This document shows positions 37,349 to 51,009 of a DNA stretch of 64,000 nucleotides, piece by piece. The notes under the pieces were generated by a model. The model saw only the letters and a program-made list of their open reading frames with translations. It made no database searches and had not been told where the DNA came from. The stretch lies in contig CM060732.1 in NCBI GenBank assembly GCA_030704615.1, positions 7,688,001 through 7,752,000 on the forward strand, in the 5' to 3' direction. Position numbers and translations under genes: made by a program. The stretch comes from Takakia lepidozioides (taxonomy: Eukaryota; Plantae; Bryophyta). Numbering within the stretch: position 1 is the stretch's first letter; each line of letters begins with the position of its first letter.

Positions 37349-40300
37349 CTACCCATGTGTTGTATCCCGCTGCAATAGAGTATCGACCTCGTTGAAACTC
37401 ATAGTGGCCTGGTGAATGAAGTTGTCACGTTTGGGATCGCAAACCATCCTCTTCAAAAATATGAAATACAAATGTTTGCAGGGTATGAATTTACCTCTCT
37501 TGCCCAAACTGGTTGATAGCATATTCACAAAATCAGACATGTGCAATTGGGGAAATTGGAAACCGTGATGTCGTAGGCCCTGTCATGAACAGCAGATGTG
37601 GAAGTGGTGATTGTGAATACCCGAACATATCCTGGATCGGGTACTTCCGTGGTGCTTCCAACACGAGCGTGGAGCATTCTTGCGGACTCCACTTTGCCAA
37701 AGTGTTCAGCGTTGGAGGGAAACGCCGAACGAGCTTTCCATCTCGTTTGGTTGGCCACAAGTCAGGATTTGCCGGGGGACTCGGGAGGACGCAGAAGTAG
37801 TAGCACATGCATGGAGTTGGGGTTGTCTCGCAAGGGAAAAGCCTGCCTCCTCCAGCATTTCAATCTCCTGAAATCTGATATGTGTTCCCACCTTCACGGG
37901 CCAAATGGTTGGAGGAGATGGCTTCATCACTACGGAAGGACGCACAGTTCCATGCACACATCTGCCACAATCATCTGCGCAGAACCATAACTTGTGGTTC
38001 TTGGACGCATCAAACCCGTGAAAGTCGGAGCAGGAGTTCGGGTACCACCTCTGGATATAGATGAAGTGCACTTCTCGAAATTAGTTGCCCTGATCGCTGT
38101 ACATTTCACACGAGACCCTACACTTGTGCGTTCTATGTGCCAAACGTGGTCGGGGCATGCGGACTCAAGCACATCAAGGGGGTTGTTTCTCTCCCGCACC
38201 ATTTCAGTGGCACTGTTTGATACTGGAGTTTGCCGTCGTGTTGGAGGTTCCTCCAGAATGGAGGTTCCGGACATGGAGCTGTCATGCAGAGGAACACGAG
38301 GCTTCGAGAAGTTATCACGGTTTGCCCTGTGCGAATCGGAATCCGAACCAGGTGGAGTGTTCAATTTCCTCTTACAGGAGCCAAATCTCTCCTCCCCTTC
38401 AAGATGTGGAACTCTAGAAACAAGTGGCGTTCCCTGGGAATACATGCTCACCGCCCGTGCTATCTTGATTGGATCCCCAGATCTGTTTGCAGCACGCAAC
38501 ATCAACTCCCATTTGTCCGGACCCTTGCCACCAACCCCACCTCGCAAGAAATCACGGTATCGGGTTTGTTGTTGCAAGGCACGTATCAAATCATCTGTTG
38601 TTGCCACATACGAATCCCGACCTCGTTTCCCAGACTACTGCAACCATGCGTTGTGCACAGTTTCTGCCAAATTGCAAGATGGCATGTCCGCCATTTCCTA
38701 AATGGACATGTTCTGCAAAGTGGAGAACCACACTTCAAAACAGTGAACAAGAAACAACATAAAGAAAGCGAGGAGACAATAAAATGGAAAGTAAATGTAT
38801 GAATAAAGCAAGAAATATAAGCCTCATACCACTGCCATGGTTGCTCCCCACTGTCTATACCGGAAGTGCCAAAATGCCAGCCAATCTTCCAATGCTCTCA
38901 TACTCTCAAGTGATGCAGCTCCAGAAAAGAACCACCAGGCATGAATTGTCTGGAACAAAGTGTCCGCCTCCTTCATTGTTCTAGCATCTTTGTACTCTTT
39001 GCACAATTTACGGTGCTGAGTCTGCATCTCTGGTTTGATGTCCGACTTTGTATGTTTTTCCAGAGATTGTGTCCAATGGAATAGACATGTACACTCTCTT
39101 CCTCACATTGGCACTTTTAGGTCGCCCGATCCGAAGACAATACGAACAGCATTGAAATTTGCTTGAGCACTATCCACCATGAAACCTGCGAAATTTGGAG
39201 ATGGCAGCCCATGGCAGCCCATGACACGTATCAGGGAATTCCACATGAGCTTCTGGGATTCCGTATCCTCGGATTGCATGTCACAAACCGCAATTGTCAT
39301 AACTCGTTGGTACACTGGATCGTAGACATGACAAGCCATTATCGTCCAATCCTTCACTCGTTTCACATGATCAAACATAAGAAAACAGTTTTGCAAGTCC
39401 CCAGTCTTCTGCATCCGCTTCACGAGGCTAACCCCACTGCCCTCCCCAACAGTCGACATTTTGAAAAGAAAAACTTTGATGGCACCTGAGAATACATTGT
39501 CCTGGATGTAATCGTACTTGCTCACTCGTTTCAACTCCAAAATGTTGTCTATGTAGCCTCTGATACCAGAGCCCATTCTTAATGCATTGATCTGATGTCG
39601 AATGTTAGGTGAACTCAAAGTGGAGAAATGATCCATGACCAGGTCCAATGCTGCACCGTCAAGTTTAGTCCCCACAGAATCCCCTTCACTCAAAATATGG
39701 CTTTCCAAGAAGGACTTGCTTACGCCAAGAGCAATTGCAAATGTTGTTGCGGATGGGTTTCTCCCAAACTCCTGTTTAATCAACCTCGATATTGTCTCAA
39801 CATTCTCCCTGTAATCCCCCTTCGACACAGGATGGTTATGGAATCCGAAATGCACACAAGCTCTTGTCATTGTTTTCAAACGGTGGACAACATAGTACAT
39901 TCTTGCTCCGCAGAGCGCCAAGCAGGATGACACAAGTTTGCAGAATTTGCAAACGAAAGTGTTTGCCGGTGGTGGGGCAGTCCCAGGCTGAAATGGATTT
40001 TCCGCTAGACCCTCCCATTTGCTTTGATTATAAACCCTAGACTGAAGAAAATGTCTGCAATTCAAATTATCACACCTAAGGTATCCATTGCAAACTGTTC
40101 TCCTGAAAACAAGCTTGTCATCATTCTGAATATTGGATGTTTTTGTTCTGCACCACGGGTGCCTGTCGTGTTTCTTGTCCATTACATGCATCATGATTGT
40201 TACACCTCCACAGCTCGAATAGGATATCGCCATCAAAAGTCTCTGGCAAGAACTTCACAGGCACCTGCTTCAAAGATTCCCAATCAATTCCTCGCAACTC

Positions 40301-41857
40301 ATTTTTGAATCCAGCCATTCCTCCCATCGCCCGTAGTTTTGGAATGACACTACAAATCTCTTCTTCATCAGCTTCTCCAACCACAGTAGGAAGGACTGGA
40401 TTTGGAATTTCACTTATGTCATCATTGGACGAATCCGAAAGCTCAACGATTGGAGTGGAGGACGTCTGTCCTTTTTTCGCCACTCAATCCACTTGGAAAA
40501 GTGTTCCACCATTACCAACACATATCTGTGGTGGCGCATCGTCAGTGGCAACGGTCCTGCAAAGTCAAGACTCCACCTGTAGCCTAATCCCATGATTGGA
40601 AGAGGATGCAACTGGGGAGTAGGGGCGTTGAATGAAGCACGCACCCTATCACACACCATGCACCTAGCCACGAACCGTTGCACCTCTATGTGCATACCAC
40701 GCACCAATACTGCCCCTGATGTAAACTGTGAGTGCGTCGCACTCCAAAATGCCCCGACTCCTCATGGGCATGCCGCACTAACCATGCACGCTGTGTTGGG
40801 TGAGGCACAATCCTCACCCAACCATCCTCCCACACTCGGAGCAGGTCTCCCACTTGAACTTTTTGGCTCGTTGCAGGATCCGATCCCTCTCCTTAGCAGT
40901 CACAGTGGCTGCCGTGTCTCTAGTACGGAGGTAGTCCAACACAGCCGAATCCTCGTGTATATCTCTGGTACCACCTGGCTCGTTACTAGCCTCAGGGTCC
41001 TTAGACACTCCATCTACAGTCATCTCTGTTGTAGGTCCAATCTGACCTCCCGCTGCCAAGATACACAAAATACAGATGAGTGTCATCCCGACACCATCTG
41101 ATCCTGGTCCATCTCACTATGCCACCAAGCTCCAATGTCATCCTGCTGGCTCGTGCATGGATTGCGACTCAATCCATCCGCATCCCAATTGACCAAACCC
41201 GGTCGATGCACAACCTGAAAATCATACTCCTGGAGTATGAGTGCCCACCGTGCAAGCTTCCCCGTAAGCTTGTCTGACTCCATCAACCACTTGAGTGGCT
41301 GATGATCCGTGACAAGGGTGAAGAGATTGTCGTATAGATAGCACCTGAAGTGTGCCATTGCCCACACTGCAGCTAAGCACTCTCCCTCATATGAGCTATA
41401 CTTAGCCTCTGCAACATTGTTCGAGCGGCTAGCATAAGCCACTACGAACTCTCTTCCCTCATCATCCACCTGTGTGAGCACCGCTCCAAGCCCCAACATG
41501 CTCCAATCCATATGCAGCTAAAAGGGACGCCCCTTGATAGGTCGTCTGAAGATGGGCGCCGAGGTCTCTCGCCTTGAGCTCTTGAAAAGCTTGTTTCTGC
41601 TCATCTTCCCACTGCTACTCCTGATTCACCTTGGTCAGCTTGGTTAGAGCCTTTGCAATAGCACTAAATCCCTTGACAAACCGTCTATAATAGTTTGCCA
41701 ACCCCATGAAAGCTCGAACTCGGCTCACCCTCTTGTCTTCAACGACCGAAGCAACAGTCTCGGGCGTCACATAAGACCCAAGGAACTTTCGCCGAGGCTC
41801 TCCAAGTACTCTGTATCGACCAGGATGCACTCTCCACTGGCTGACATGAGCCGTCTC
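37349..41857 (-). mobile_element. MULE-type transposase, copy 1: GCM/WRKY-like Zn domain, DDE core and SWIM. One intron (~38699-38828); interrupted by a Gypsy fragment
   Basis: HPW..C.GYL.C.N..C..CKFC..C..HFGFHNHP, then FDH (D), MVDSAQANFNAV (D), CLFHW, NLAETVH (E), and CTC..PCKH (SWIM). Confidence 0.85.
40484..41727 (-). mobile_element. LTR-less Ty3/Gypsy pol fragment (RT thumb, RNase H, integrase N-part)
   Basis: RAFMGLANYYRRFVKGFS, LGAVLTQ..AYASRS..EGECLA..TDHQPL, CMVC, WSLDFAGP..HFSKW. Confidence 0.92.
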
Positions 41858-43735
41858 ATACTATCCTCATGGAATATCACATCTCTGGAAATAATAATTG
41901 TCTTTTGTTTGGTCATTAATCTATAACCCTTAGAGACGTTCACTATAGCCTAAAAATGTACACTCGACAGTGTGTGAGTCTAGTTTGCGTCTATTATCCT
42001 TCTGTATTAGTGCAAAGGCTCTACATCCAAAGACTTTCAAGTGTGATACATCATGTTTCAAACCTGTCCATAACTCTATGGGTGTTTTGTTATTCTGTAG
42101 AGCTTTGGTTGGTGACCTATTCTGTAGGTATCTGGCAGTCATAACTTATAAGAGCTTCACCCCAATAGACATTTGGTAAGCTAGCATGGTGTAGCATGGA
42201 AAGTACTGCTTCCACTAAGGTCCTATTTTTCCTCTCAGACACCCCATTCTGTTGTGGTGTTCCTGCTACAGTAAACTGCCTCTTTATGCCACTCTCTTGA
42301 TAGAATAAATTAAACTCATTAGAAATGTATTCACCACCCCCATCAGCCCTTAGAACCTTGATCTTCTTACTTAGCTGACTTTCAACCAGTAACTTATACT
42401 GTTTAAACCTCTCAAATGCCTCTGACTTTTGTTTTAACAAATAAACAACAGTAAACCTTGAAAGATCATCTATAAATGTGATGAAATACTTAAACCCGTT
42501 GTGTGTGAGGGTTTGCATCGGTCCACAAATGTCAGTATGTATGAGGCCTAACGGTTTAGTAGCTCTTGTGCCTCCCTCTACAGAGAAAATCTCTCGGTGC
42601 TGTTTTCCTGAGATGCAATCTCTACATAATGTTAGTTTCCTAACATCTACTGAATCCAACCCTCTAACCATTGAGTTAGTTTGCATCTGATGCATTCTAG
42701 CTTGGTTCATCTGACCTAATCTACAGTGCCATAGGTCTGCCTTGTTAGTCTCTAAGATAGTTGGCATTGCCATGACTCGTGAGTTCTGTAATGCAGTTCC
42801 TAGCTTATAGAGTCCGTTTTCTATCTCACATTTTGCTATGAGATTTCCCTTGGAATTCTTCAGGTTACAGCAATCTTCTTTTATGTTCATCTCTCCCCCA
42901 GCTAGGTCTAATTGCTTAACAGAAAATAAATTCTTCTTGAGACCTGGCACATGGAGCACGTTAGGTACCTCCCTTCGCTGTCCATTGCACAACAACACAA
43001 TGGCTGATCCTTGGCCTGCTATTTCATGTGTTGAGTCATCCCTAAATAGACACCCTGTCCCTGTCTCCACTCTTTGTACGTCGCAAAAGTGTGTATGTCA
43101 TACGCCATGTGATGTGTGGCTCCTGTGTCCACATATCAAGTTGAATCTTTCCCTTTACTTATGATCATCGCTGCTACATAGAGCTGAGTGCCTTCGATTG
43201 CAACATGTCCTTGTGTTGCTTGTTTGTTTGATGCTTCAGCTGCAATCCTCTTCCTACAGTCCTTAATCATATGTCCAAACTTCTTACAGAAAAAGCACTT
43301 GATTTGCTTCTTCTTTCCTCTATTTGTGTTTGATCCTTCGCCATCCTCCTTCTTGACACTATTTTTGTCCTCATTTTGCTTCTTCCTATTAAAACTATTA
43401 TATGTACTAGACTTCTGTCCAGAATATAATGCAGTTTTTGAATCTATAGCAGGTCCAAGACTCATCATTAAAGTTTCCTCCTGTGTTAAGTCTGTAATTA
43501 AAGACTGTAGACTTATATTCGGCTATCTCCTAAAAGAGACTATAAATGTCCAATAACTCATCGGCATACTCCTCATTAGAGATAAGACAACATTCTCGTC
43601 TGACACAGGGGAACCAGCAGCGGAAAGCTGTTCTAGCAAAGATTTGAAGACATGTATATGCTTGGTGGCATTTTCATTATCTTTCATTTTTAAAGTTTGA
43701 ATTTTGTCTCTAAGGTACATTTTGATTCATATAAC
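41858..43735 (-). mobile_element. Ty1/Copia gag-pol fragment (gag, zinc knuckle, protease, integrase)
   Basis: UBN2-like gag, CFFCKKFGHMIKDC, VDTGATHHM, LWHCRLG, HTDICGP..DDLSR..DGGGEY..QNGVSERKNR. Confidence 0.93.
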
Positions 43736-43739
43736 CTGA

Positions 43740-43927
43740 CTTGGCCAAATTGGCAGTCCCTTTGCCGTGTTGCAACGCATCAGGCATTGCAAGAATTCTC
43801 TACAACGCTCCCGACATCGCAAAAACCGCCGCGGCGGTGGTGTCGCACGAGAAATGGGGCGCGGGGGGGGGGGGGGGGGGGGGGGGGGGGTTGGGCGTCG
43901 CTAACCGGGCCCCCTTTTGTAGTAGTG
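43740..43927 (+). mobile_element. Isolated CACTA terminus
   Basis: GTCGC subterminal motifs and a G-run, ending ttttgtagtagtg (CACTACTACAAAA). Confidence 0.7.
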
Positions 43928-44029
43928 AACACTTGCTTAAGCGGTGGAACGAGATGCCTGCAAGGGAATGGGCGGAATCGGGGCTTACGCCCAGTTCAGG
44001 AGCGACACTTCTGCAGGGTAACAAACCGG

Positions 44030-46800
44030 GGCAGATGATTAACCTCAGCGACGACGAGCAGGGTGATGACGACGCCGGCCGGTAAGAGCCCCATGGAAGA
44101 CGAGAGGGATCTAGACTCGTCAGCTGACAAGGATGATGAGGAGGGCTCCCCTCAGTTGCAAGGGCAGACCAAGTTTCAAAGAAGAAATAGCGGGGGAGAG
44201 AGGGTGCTAATGAGGGCGGAGGAAGACGACGCCTCCCGAACTCACGAAGTTCGAACCAAACGAAGGCAGGAAGCAATGGCTGCACCCTCCATGAGCTCCC
44301 CACCTACGGAAACGATAGCGCAAACCTTCGAGAAACAGGTGTTAGCGCTAAACTGTATCGAACCCAGCTGGAGGAGTTAGAGTTGGTCAAGGAAGAATTG
44401 AAGAAGTTAGGACAGGACCACCAATGACTGACAAAGAGTTAGCAAATTCACGTGCAAAAGGGCACCAGCGCCCAGCGGAGGCTAGAGAAAGCCAAACTGG
44501 ACTTAGCTGAATCCAGAAGGGCAACGATGCAGACAATTGAGGGACATGAGAGGACAATTAGGGACCAGAAGCAGGAATTAGAGGCGCTCGTATGGGCCCA
44601 ACTATGGGAAAAAGACCAGGCACTGAAGCTAGCAAGGCCACCAACTACGAAGAACGGTATCAGAAGGAGAAGGGACAACGAGAGGATTATGGCGCTAGAG
44701 CGAAGGAGGCATATAGGGCTCTACGATGGTCCAATAACACGGCGGCCATTCTGCAGGTGGATATGGCAAACTGGAGGACCCGCGGATTGTAGGCCATCGA
44801 GTTTTGGGAAGAGCTGGCCATGCACGGGGCCAAGGATATTGTAGGGAAGGTGGCAGAGAAGTACCAGTGGAGAGGTTAAAGATGGAACAACAATTCAAAG
44901 AGTGGGCTAGAACCTACCTGGAGTCAATCACCTCGGAAGCTCAGGCGTATAAACTCACCCTAGAAGGGCTCTACGAGGAGCTGGGGATAAGCATGGAGGA
45001 CGTCTTCTCTCCGACGGACGAGGAACTTTGCCAGAGAAGGTTGGGGTCATCCACTAACAAGAAAAGAAGGCTAAGGAGCTAACCCGCGATGTGGAGGAGT
45101 TCGCAAAGCAATGGGTACCACCCTCCATCGAGGGAGAAACAACGGGGGGGGACCCAAACGGTCTTAGTTCCACGGTACCCCTCGTGTGAGACACCTGAAG
45201 GGGAGGAGCTCGTTACCATCCCGAGCAGCGGATGGCGATGGACGTGGAAACCAGGGGACTCCTATTCCCAGCCATATGAGAAAGAGCTGAAGCGGACGTA
45301 CTAATGTGGGAAAACGAACCAAACGAGGGGACGGGCCAGGTGGCCGCTGGCGCTGTCATGCAGGAGGTGTCCATGCAAGAACACCCGAAGAGGGTTTGGG
45401 AACTATCTAGCGACGAGGAGGACAAGGGGGAAGAGGGGGACACACGGATAAATATTCCCGAACGCTTGCAGACAGCTACAGAGGGCCAGGAGGTTCCGAC
45501 AAGGGCCAAGGGCCTAGAGGAAAATGAAGGCAGTGAAGGGCAGCTGTCATTAGAAGGAGCAAAGGCAGCAGAACCAAGTGTTCCCCAGGATACCGTTGGG
45601 GGCTCAGAAAGGCAGGAGGTGGCAGCAACATTCCCCAGAGGCCCCCCCCCTTGTCGAGGACACGCTGCAATTGGGGTCGCTACCACTGATGGCAACGACC
45701 AACGCCATTCCCCCAGCCGCCACGCCACGGGAGGAGGAAGGGGAAGGAGTTGCACATGGGATATCCCTGAAGGGGCTTAAGGCCAGGCAGAAAATCCGCA
45801 CATGAAATAACGAGCTCAAGACGATGGACGCAACGGCGCCACAAGGAGGGGTCATCCCACCCGAAATTGGCAACCACTCTAGCGCAAGGTAGGGAGAAAC
45901 CGTCGTTGGAGGGGCACACACGAGCACCATCTGAGGTACCCCCTCCCCCTTCCTCCTTCATAGACCTCATTGACACAATGGTGTTGCCATCTGACGCCTT
46001 CCCCACCTACTTGTCCCCCAATTATTACCTGCTGGCGTTGGAGACCCAGCTAAAAATCCCCCCACAACGAGAAGAGTGGACTGCGGAATTCTTCAACAAG
46101 TACTGGCGCAATACCAGGGGCACCCTACGAGACCTAACGGGCTTTAGGTTCACGAAAAGCAACATTCTCTTAAAGGAGCCAGCTGAGTATGTAAAGGTCA
46201 ATATCAGCACGGGATGCATCGAGCATTACACCTTGCGTTTCTACTGCTTAATGGAGATAAGACACGAGCAGCTACAAAAATTTGCTGTAGGACAGCCCAC
46301 TCCTCTTCCCATAAGACTGACACCGCCACATGAGGGCAATCGCAACATACGTGTCAAGCTACTCATGGAATATATATATATATATATATATGAAGCCTCC
46401 CGAAGAGAGCGTAACTTATGGTGTCACTTGACCCCGAAGGGCTACTGCCTTCCAGCAAGAAGGTGGACACCTTACTACTCATGGACCTAGTGTGGGAACC
46501 CATCTACACTAAAGCCATAGAGGACTCAGGAGTTGAGGGACTCGCTCAACGATGAAAGGCTGTTCCAACGGGGGAAAGGCTATCTGATCCGACGGCTCAG
46601 AACCCCATACATGAGGTCCCTACCGGTGAACATGGCGCTCCTTGGAGGAACGGAGACTTCGTTCAATGGGACAAGATGCCGGGTCAAGAGAATGGTAAGG
46701 CAGGTAATGACGGCAAATCCCCGAACTTCGTTCCGATAGAGGATTCAACTGGCCTTACCCTCGAAACTTTGTCGTCACGCTGTGAAGCGATACCAGCCAT
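44030..46800 (+). pseudogene. Degenerate unknown coiled-coil/acidic ORF, probably a TE accessory gene
   Basis: Chain of overlapping + ORFs with coding-like purine bias and no recognised domain. (TA)n at ~46370-46391. Confidence 0.4.
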
Positions 46801-46809
46801 ATTATTGGA

Positions 46810-47945
46810 CGAGGACCCTGCCAATGTTGCTGTGGGTTGCCTCCAACATCTTGGTAGCGGCCAACTTCATATCCGCCTCCGACATGATGTCTGCTGCAGG
46901 GGGGTTCTCCGGCAGCCCACGCGGACCACCAAATCCAGCCTGTATGCTCCGGGTTTGGGGCCTAGGGATCTCCTGGTTAGAAAGCCCTCTCGTCGTCCTC
47001 AACTTCGTCAATCACCAACGGAAGCACCTCGTGCCCTCTCCCCGTCTCTACTGCGTCTTCACCTCCACCTCCCACATTCTGTGGTCTTTGTGGTGTTCTA
47101 TCCCCTCCCCCAGTCTCCACCGTATGGGTAATTGCGGGGGCTGCTCCCACCTGCGATGGTGTAACCGGCAAGGATGCAGCCGGTGTGTTACTGCCTGTTT
47201 CTGCTGTCCTAGAGGGATCCACCGTTTCAGTGCGTCCCTCGCTTATATGGGCATCTGTCATCTCCACATCCTTGGCCTCTTCAGTGGCCTTTTCTCTTGC
47301 CTCATGGCTGGCCTTCTGTCTCGCCTGTTCTTTTGCCTCTCTTTTGCCCTCTCACGGGCCTTGTGTTTCTTACTAGGCGTAGCAGCAGGGGAGGCCTCCA
47401 GGACGACCACCTTTGATCGCGGGGAACTGACAATCTCATGCGCCTTGGTGGGTGTTCTGTTCAGACCCCCCTCGGCAGCTTGTGATGGCTCTCTCGCCGG
47501 GGATTGCATGTGCTTGGCTTTCTTCTTCCTCTTTGCGTGGGCGGGCCCTCCTGCATGTGCATCAGCTTCCTAGATTGGTGGATTTGTTGTCCTCATGCGA
47601 CGCCCTGCACCTACCATGCCGGCTGCACCAACCTCCCGAAAGCCTATTTGGGCGCACTCCCGTTCCAGGGCCTCCCGTCCACCAACAAAAGGAGCAACTT
47701 CCTGTGAGCCCTCCCGCCCCGCTTTGGCTCCCCGAATATGCAAAGCACGTGGTCGACAGACTGCTGCCGATGACTGTCGGACTGCTCTTGATGAGTAGCC
47801 ACTTTTGGAGTGAGTGCACGAGGAGTGGGAGCTGTCGACGATACCACCACCGTGTCGAGCTTGTCTTCACTCTGTCATCCCCAACAAGAGCGTCACCATG
47901 TCCCAAAAATGAGGTAGTCGTGAGAGACAGAGTGGGGAGTGGCAT
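46810..47945 (-). pseudogene. ParB-like gene copy 2, inverted 5' part
   Basis: High-identity direct repeat of ~35610-36740. Confidence 0.85.
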
Positions 47946-47974
47946 GGAACAACCATGAGAGCAAAACGAATTAC

Positions 47975-49620
47975 TCTGTCGCTTGGTATCATTGCAGGTG
48001 GTGAGACCTGCCCTCCCAGGCGATATCGACAAGCTGAAATTCTCTTTCCGGGAGGGATATTGAATGGGGTCTGCCGCGTTTTATGTTTCCATTGAGAACG
48101 ACCACGGAGCTTCTCGTGCCCACACTTCCGATGAGGTGGACAAATGGGGTCCCCATTGGCAAAGGCGAAATGAGGAGTTCGAGAGATTGACTGCTACTGA
48201 TCCTCTTTTCCACCACTTGTCCGGGAAGATGTTTTACATGTGGGACAACAACTATCGCCTCCTGGCATGGATGGAGCACATAGCCCAAGCCCACCCCAAC
48301 GACCTGGATTGGCATTACGCCATGGGGTGTGTTGTGCTGAAGGTTGCGGGGCCAAAGGATTGCAGTCTTCTCAAAGCTGCAATGGCAGACATCAACTCGT
48401 AAGTTACAATGCCTCTTGCTCTAGAACTTTGAATTTGAAACACTCATTTCATTGTCAATCGTCATATTTGTTGCAAATTCTCATTTCAGTATCGTTTAAT
48501 GGAAATGTGGCATTGCAGGGTGACTGAGAATGCCTTCATTGCCACCAACTTGTCCCACATGCTCTTCCGAGTGAAGAATGTCGGGAAGCAGGGGGTGCAA
48601 GAGTTTGCCAATTCGCTCAGTGCCGACCTACTGCGCAAGTCGGAGGCAAAGGTAGACAGAACCTGGTATAGGCTGAGCATGGACGCCATGGTGGACTACA
48701 TATTTTGGGTGCAGCTCCCAACTCTTTTGTTGACCTAATCTGTCTTTGCTCCCCCAATAGAAAAAAAAGTGTGGACCAAGATTTCTAATCTTATGTGCAC
48801 ATTGTTGACTTACGAAAACTGAGCAGGATTTGGCACATGCGCGGAGGTTCTACATGAAGTCAGAGGAGAAGAAACTAACCCTCCTGGCATTGGAATTGTA
48901 TCTCAAAGCTGCGGAGGCGAAGGCTCACGTCAAGTACAGGTCGCGGATGATGAAGTACGTGGCCATTGCTGATCCCACCCTTGGTGCCGACTTTCTGGTG
49001 GAGGTGGGGAAGCACTACTCCCACGCTCTTAAGCCCACGATGACACTGGAAAAGCTGCATCGTCTAGCCACAGCCTGTGTGGATGCAACAAAGAAGGTTA
49101 TACATTCTTAACCAAATTCTCTTGTGGCAACAATTCGTTTTTGTGGTGTCTTGCGCTTACTAATATGCACGGTGGTTGGACACACCCGGTGGCTCCAAAT
49201 CTGGAATGGGTCCCAGAGTACAAGAGACATGTGGAGCTTCCCAAAACCCGACAAACTGTCTGACCCCACATTCGACATGTGGATGAACCGCATGACATGG
49301 TGGTTTCAGGTACTTTCCCACGCTTCATTTGGAGCTTCTATTCTTGTATCGGGTGGATTTCTTGTATTTCTTGAGGAATGCGGTCTGATGGAGAATCTCC
49401 ACAGGTGACGACGAATGTGCAAGAGCAGCTTAACACCCAAGCACATCAGTTCAAGCTGGAGATTTCAGGAGAAGCAGAGAGCCTACGCGACTATGTGACG
49501 AGGTACTTTCTGCTCTACAAAACCGACCTGTTCTTTCGAGAGATACTGCATGCCCGCCGGAGTCACGAGTTCACCGACCAGCCGAACGCGGACAAAGCGG
49601 CAATGCGCCTTCTGTACAGG
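47975..49620 (+). pseudogene. ParB-like gene copy 2, ParB domain and middle exons
   Basis: Reverse complement of 35160-35580 (FYMWDNNYRLLAW), then spliced exons VTENAFIATNLSH.., IADPTLGADFL..EKLHRLA and AAMRLLYR|gt. Confidence 0.8.
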
Positions 49621-49719
49621 TAAATATGCGGTGCTCCTCTTTGATCTGTGGCCATTGTAGTCCCTAGAGTTCATGGATGTAAAACGGCTTGTGTGGGGCA
49701 TGACAATTGGTTGTCAAGA

Positions 49720-50598
49720 AATGGCTAAGTCTCTGGGGTTACTTGCCCCGAGACAGGGAAAATGACGCTGAATTTCCAGTCTCGGTGGAAGCCACCCTGG
49801 GGACTAGCCATTTGGAAGGCCCGAATCTGGAGATTCGGCGCCATTTTCCCAGCTTGTGAGGGCCCAGAATGGTTGTCCAATGAGGTGCTCGCCACGACAC
49901 GGGAAAAATGGCGCCGAATTTGCAGTTTAGGTGCCATCCACCCTGGGGACTTAGCCATTTCTTGCCCCCGCAACTCGAAATTCGGCGCCATTTTCTCCCA
50001 GTTTGGCCCAAAAATGGCTAAGTCCCAGAAGGGGCTGGCCCCCAGCCTGGAAAAATGGCGCCGAATTTGCAGTTTAGGCGCCATCCACCCTGGGGACTTA
50101 GCCATTTCTTGCCCCCGCAACTCGAAATTCGGCGCCATTTTCTCACAGTTTGGCCCAAAAATGGCTAAGTCCCTGAAGGGGCTGGCCCCCAGCCTGGAAA
50201 AATGGCGCCGAATTTCCAGTATCGGTGCCAGCCACCCTAGGGACTTAGCCATTTCCGGGGCCCGGAACTAGAAATTCGGCGCCATTTTTCCAGGTTGGGT
50301 CCGAAAGTGGCCAAGTCCCAGAAGGGGTGGCCACCAACCTGGAAAAATGGCACCGAATTTCCAGTATCGGTGCCAGCCACCTCCGGGACTTAGCCATTTT
50401 CGGGGCACGGAACTGGAAATTTGGCACCATTTTTCCAAGTTGGGTCCGAAAGTGGCTGTCCCAGAAAGGGCTGGGCCCCAACCTGGAAAAATGGCGCCGA
50501 ATTTCCAGTTTCGGTGCCAGCCACCCCAAGGACAGCCATTTCTGGGGCCCGAAAGTGGAAATTCGGCGCCATTTTTCTAGGTTGGGCCCCAAAACCTA
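49720..50598. repeat. ~147-bp tandem array (~6 units) built from inverted sub-repeats
   Basis: gaaaaatgg recurs at 49903, 50050, 50197, 50342 and 50486. Each unit carries aaatggcgccgaattt and its reverse complement. Confidence 0.92.
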
Positions 50599-51009
50599 AG
50601 TGCAGTCCTTTTATACTATGCTTGAAAGAGCCGTTTACAGCCTACGGTTGTTAATGACCGTTGCCTAACTGCCTACGCAACCTAAAAGGTTTACCAAAAA
50701 AGTGGCTTGTGGTAGTGGCTCGTGATCGTGGTCGTGGTCGTGGTCGTGTGCCTTAGTGGTACACGGCCCACAGTCCCTCACTACTCTACAAGTAAAGCCT
50801 ATACTGTGGCCGTGTGATATCATGGTTCACGGCCCACGGCTGCTACACTACCCACTACTGCTCCACGTGGTAGTGTGGCCCGTCCTCTGCTACTGCTAAG
50901 TGCCGAGCACTTAGCCATTTCTACCTCGTAACCAGGTAGTGTGAAGTAAATCACTACCGGCCGTTAACCCGTTGTGGCTCAAGCTGCCCTGCCCTCGTGG
51001 TACTGGCAC

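Noticed and set aside
49725-50654. Repeat-protein ORFs on both strands
   Set aside because: They are by-products of the 147-bp tandem array.
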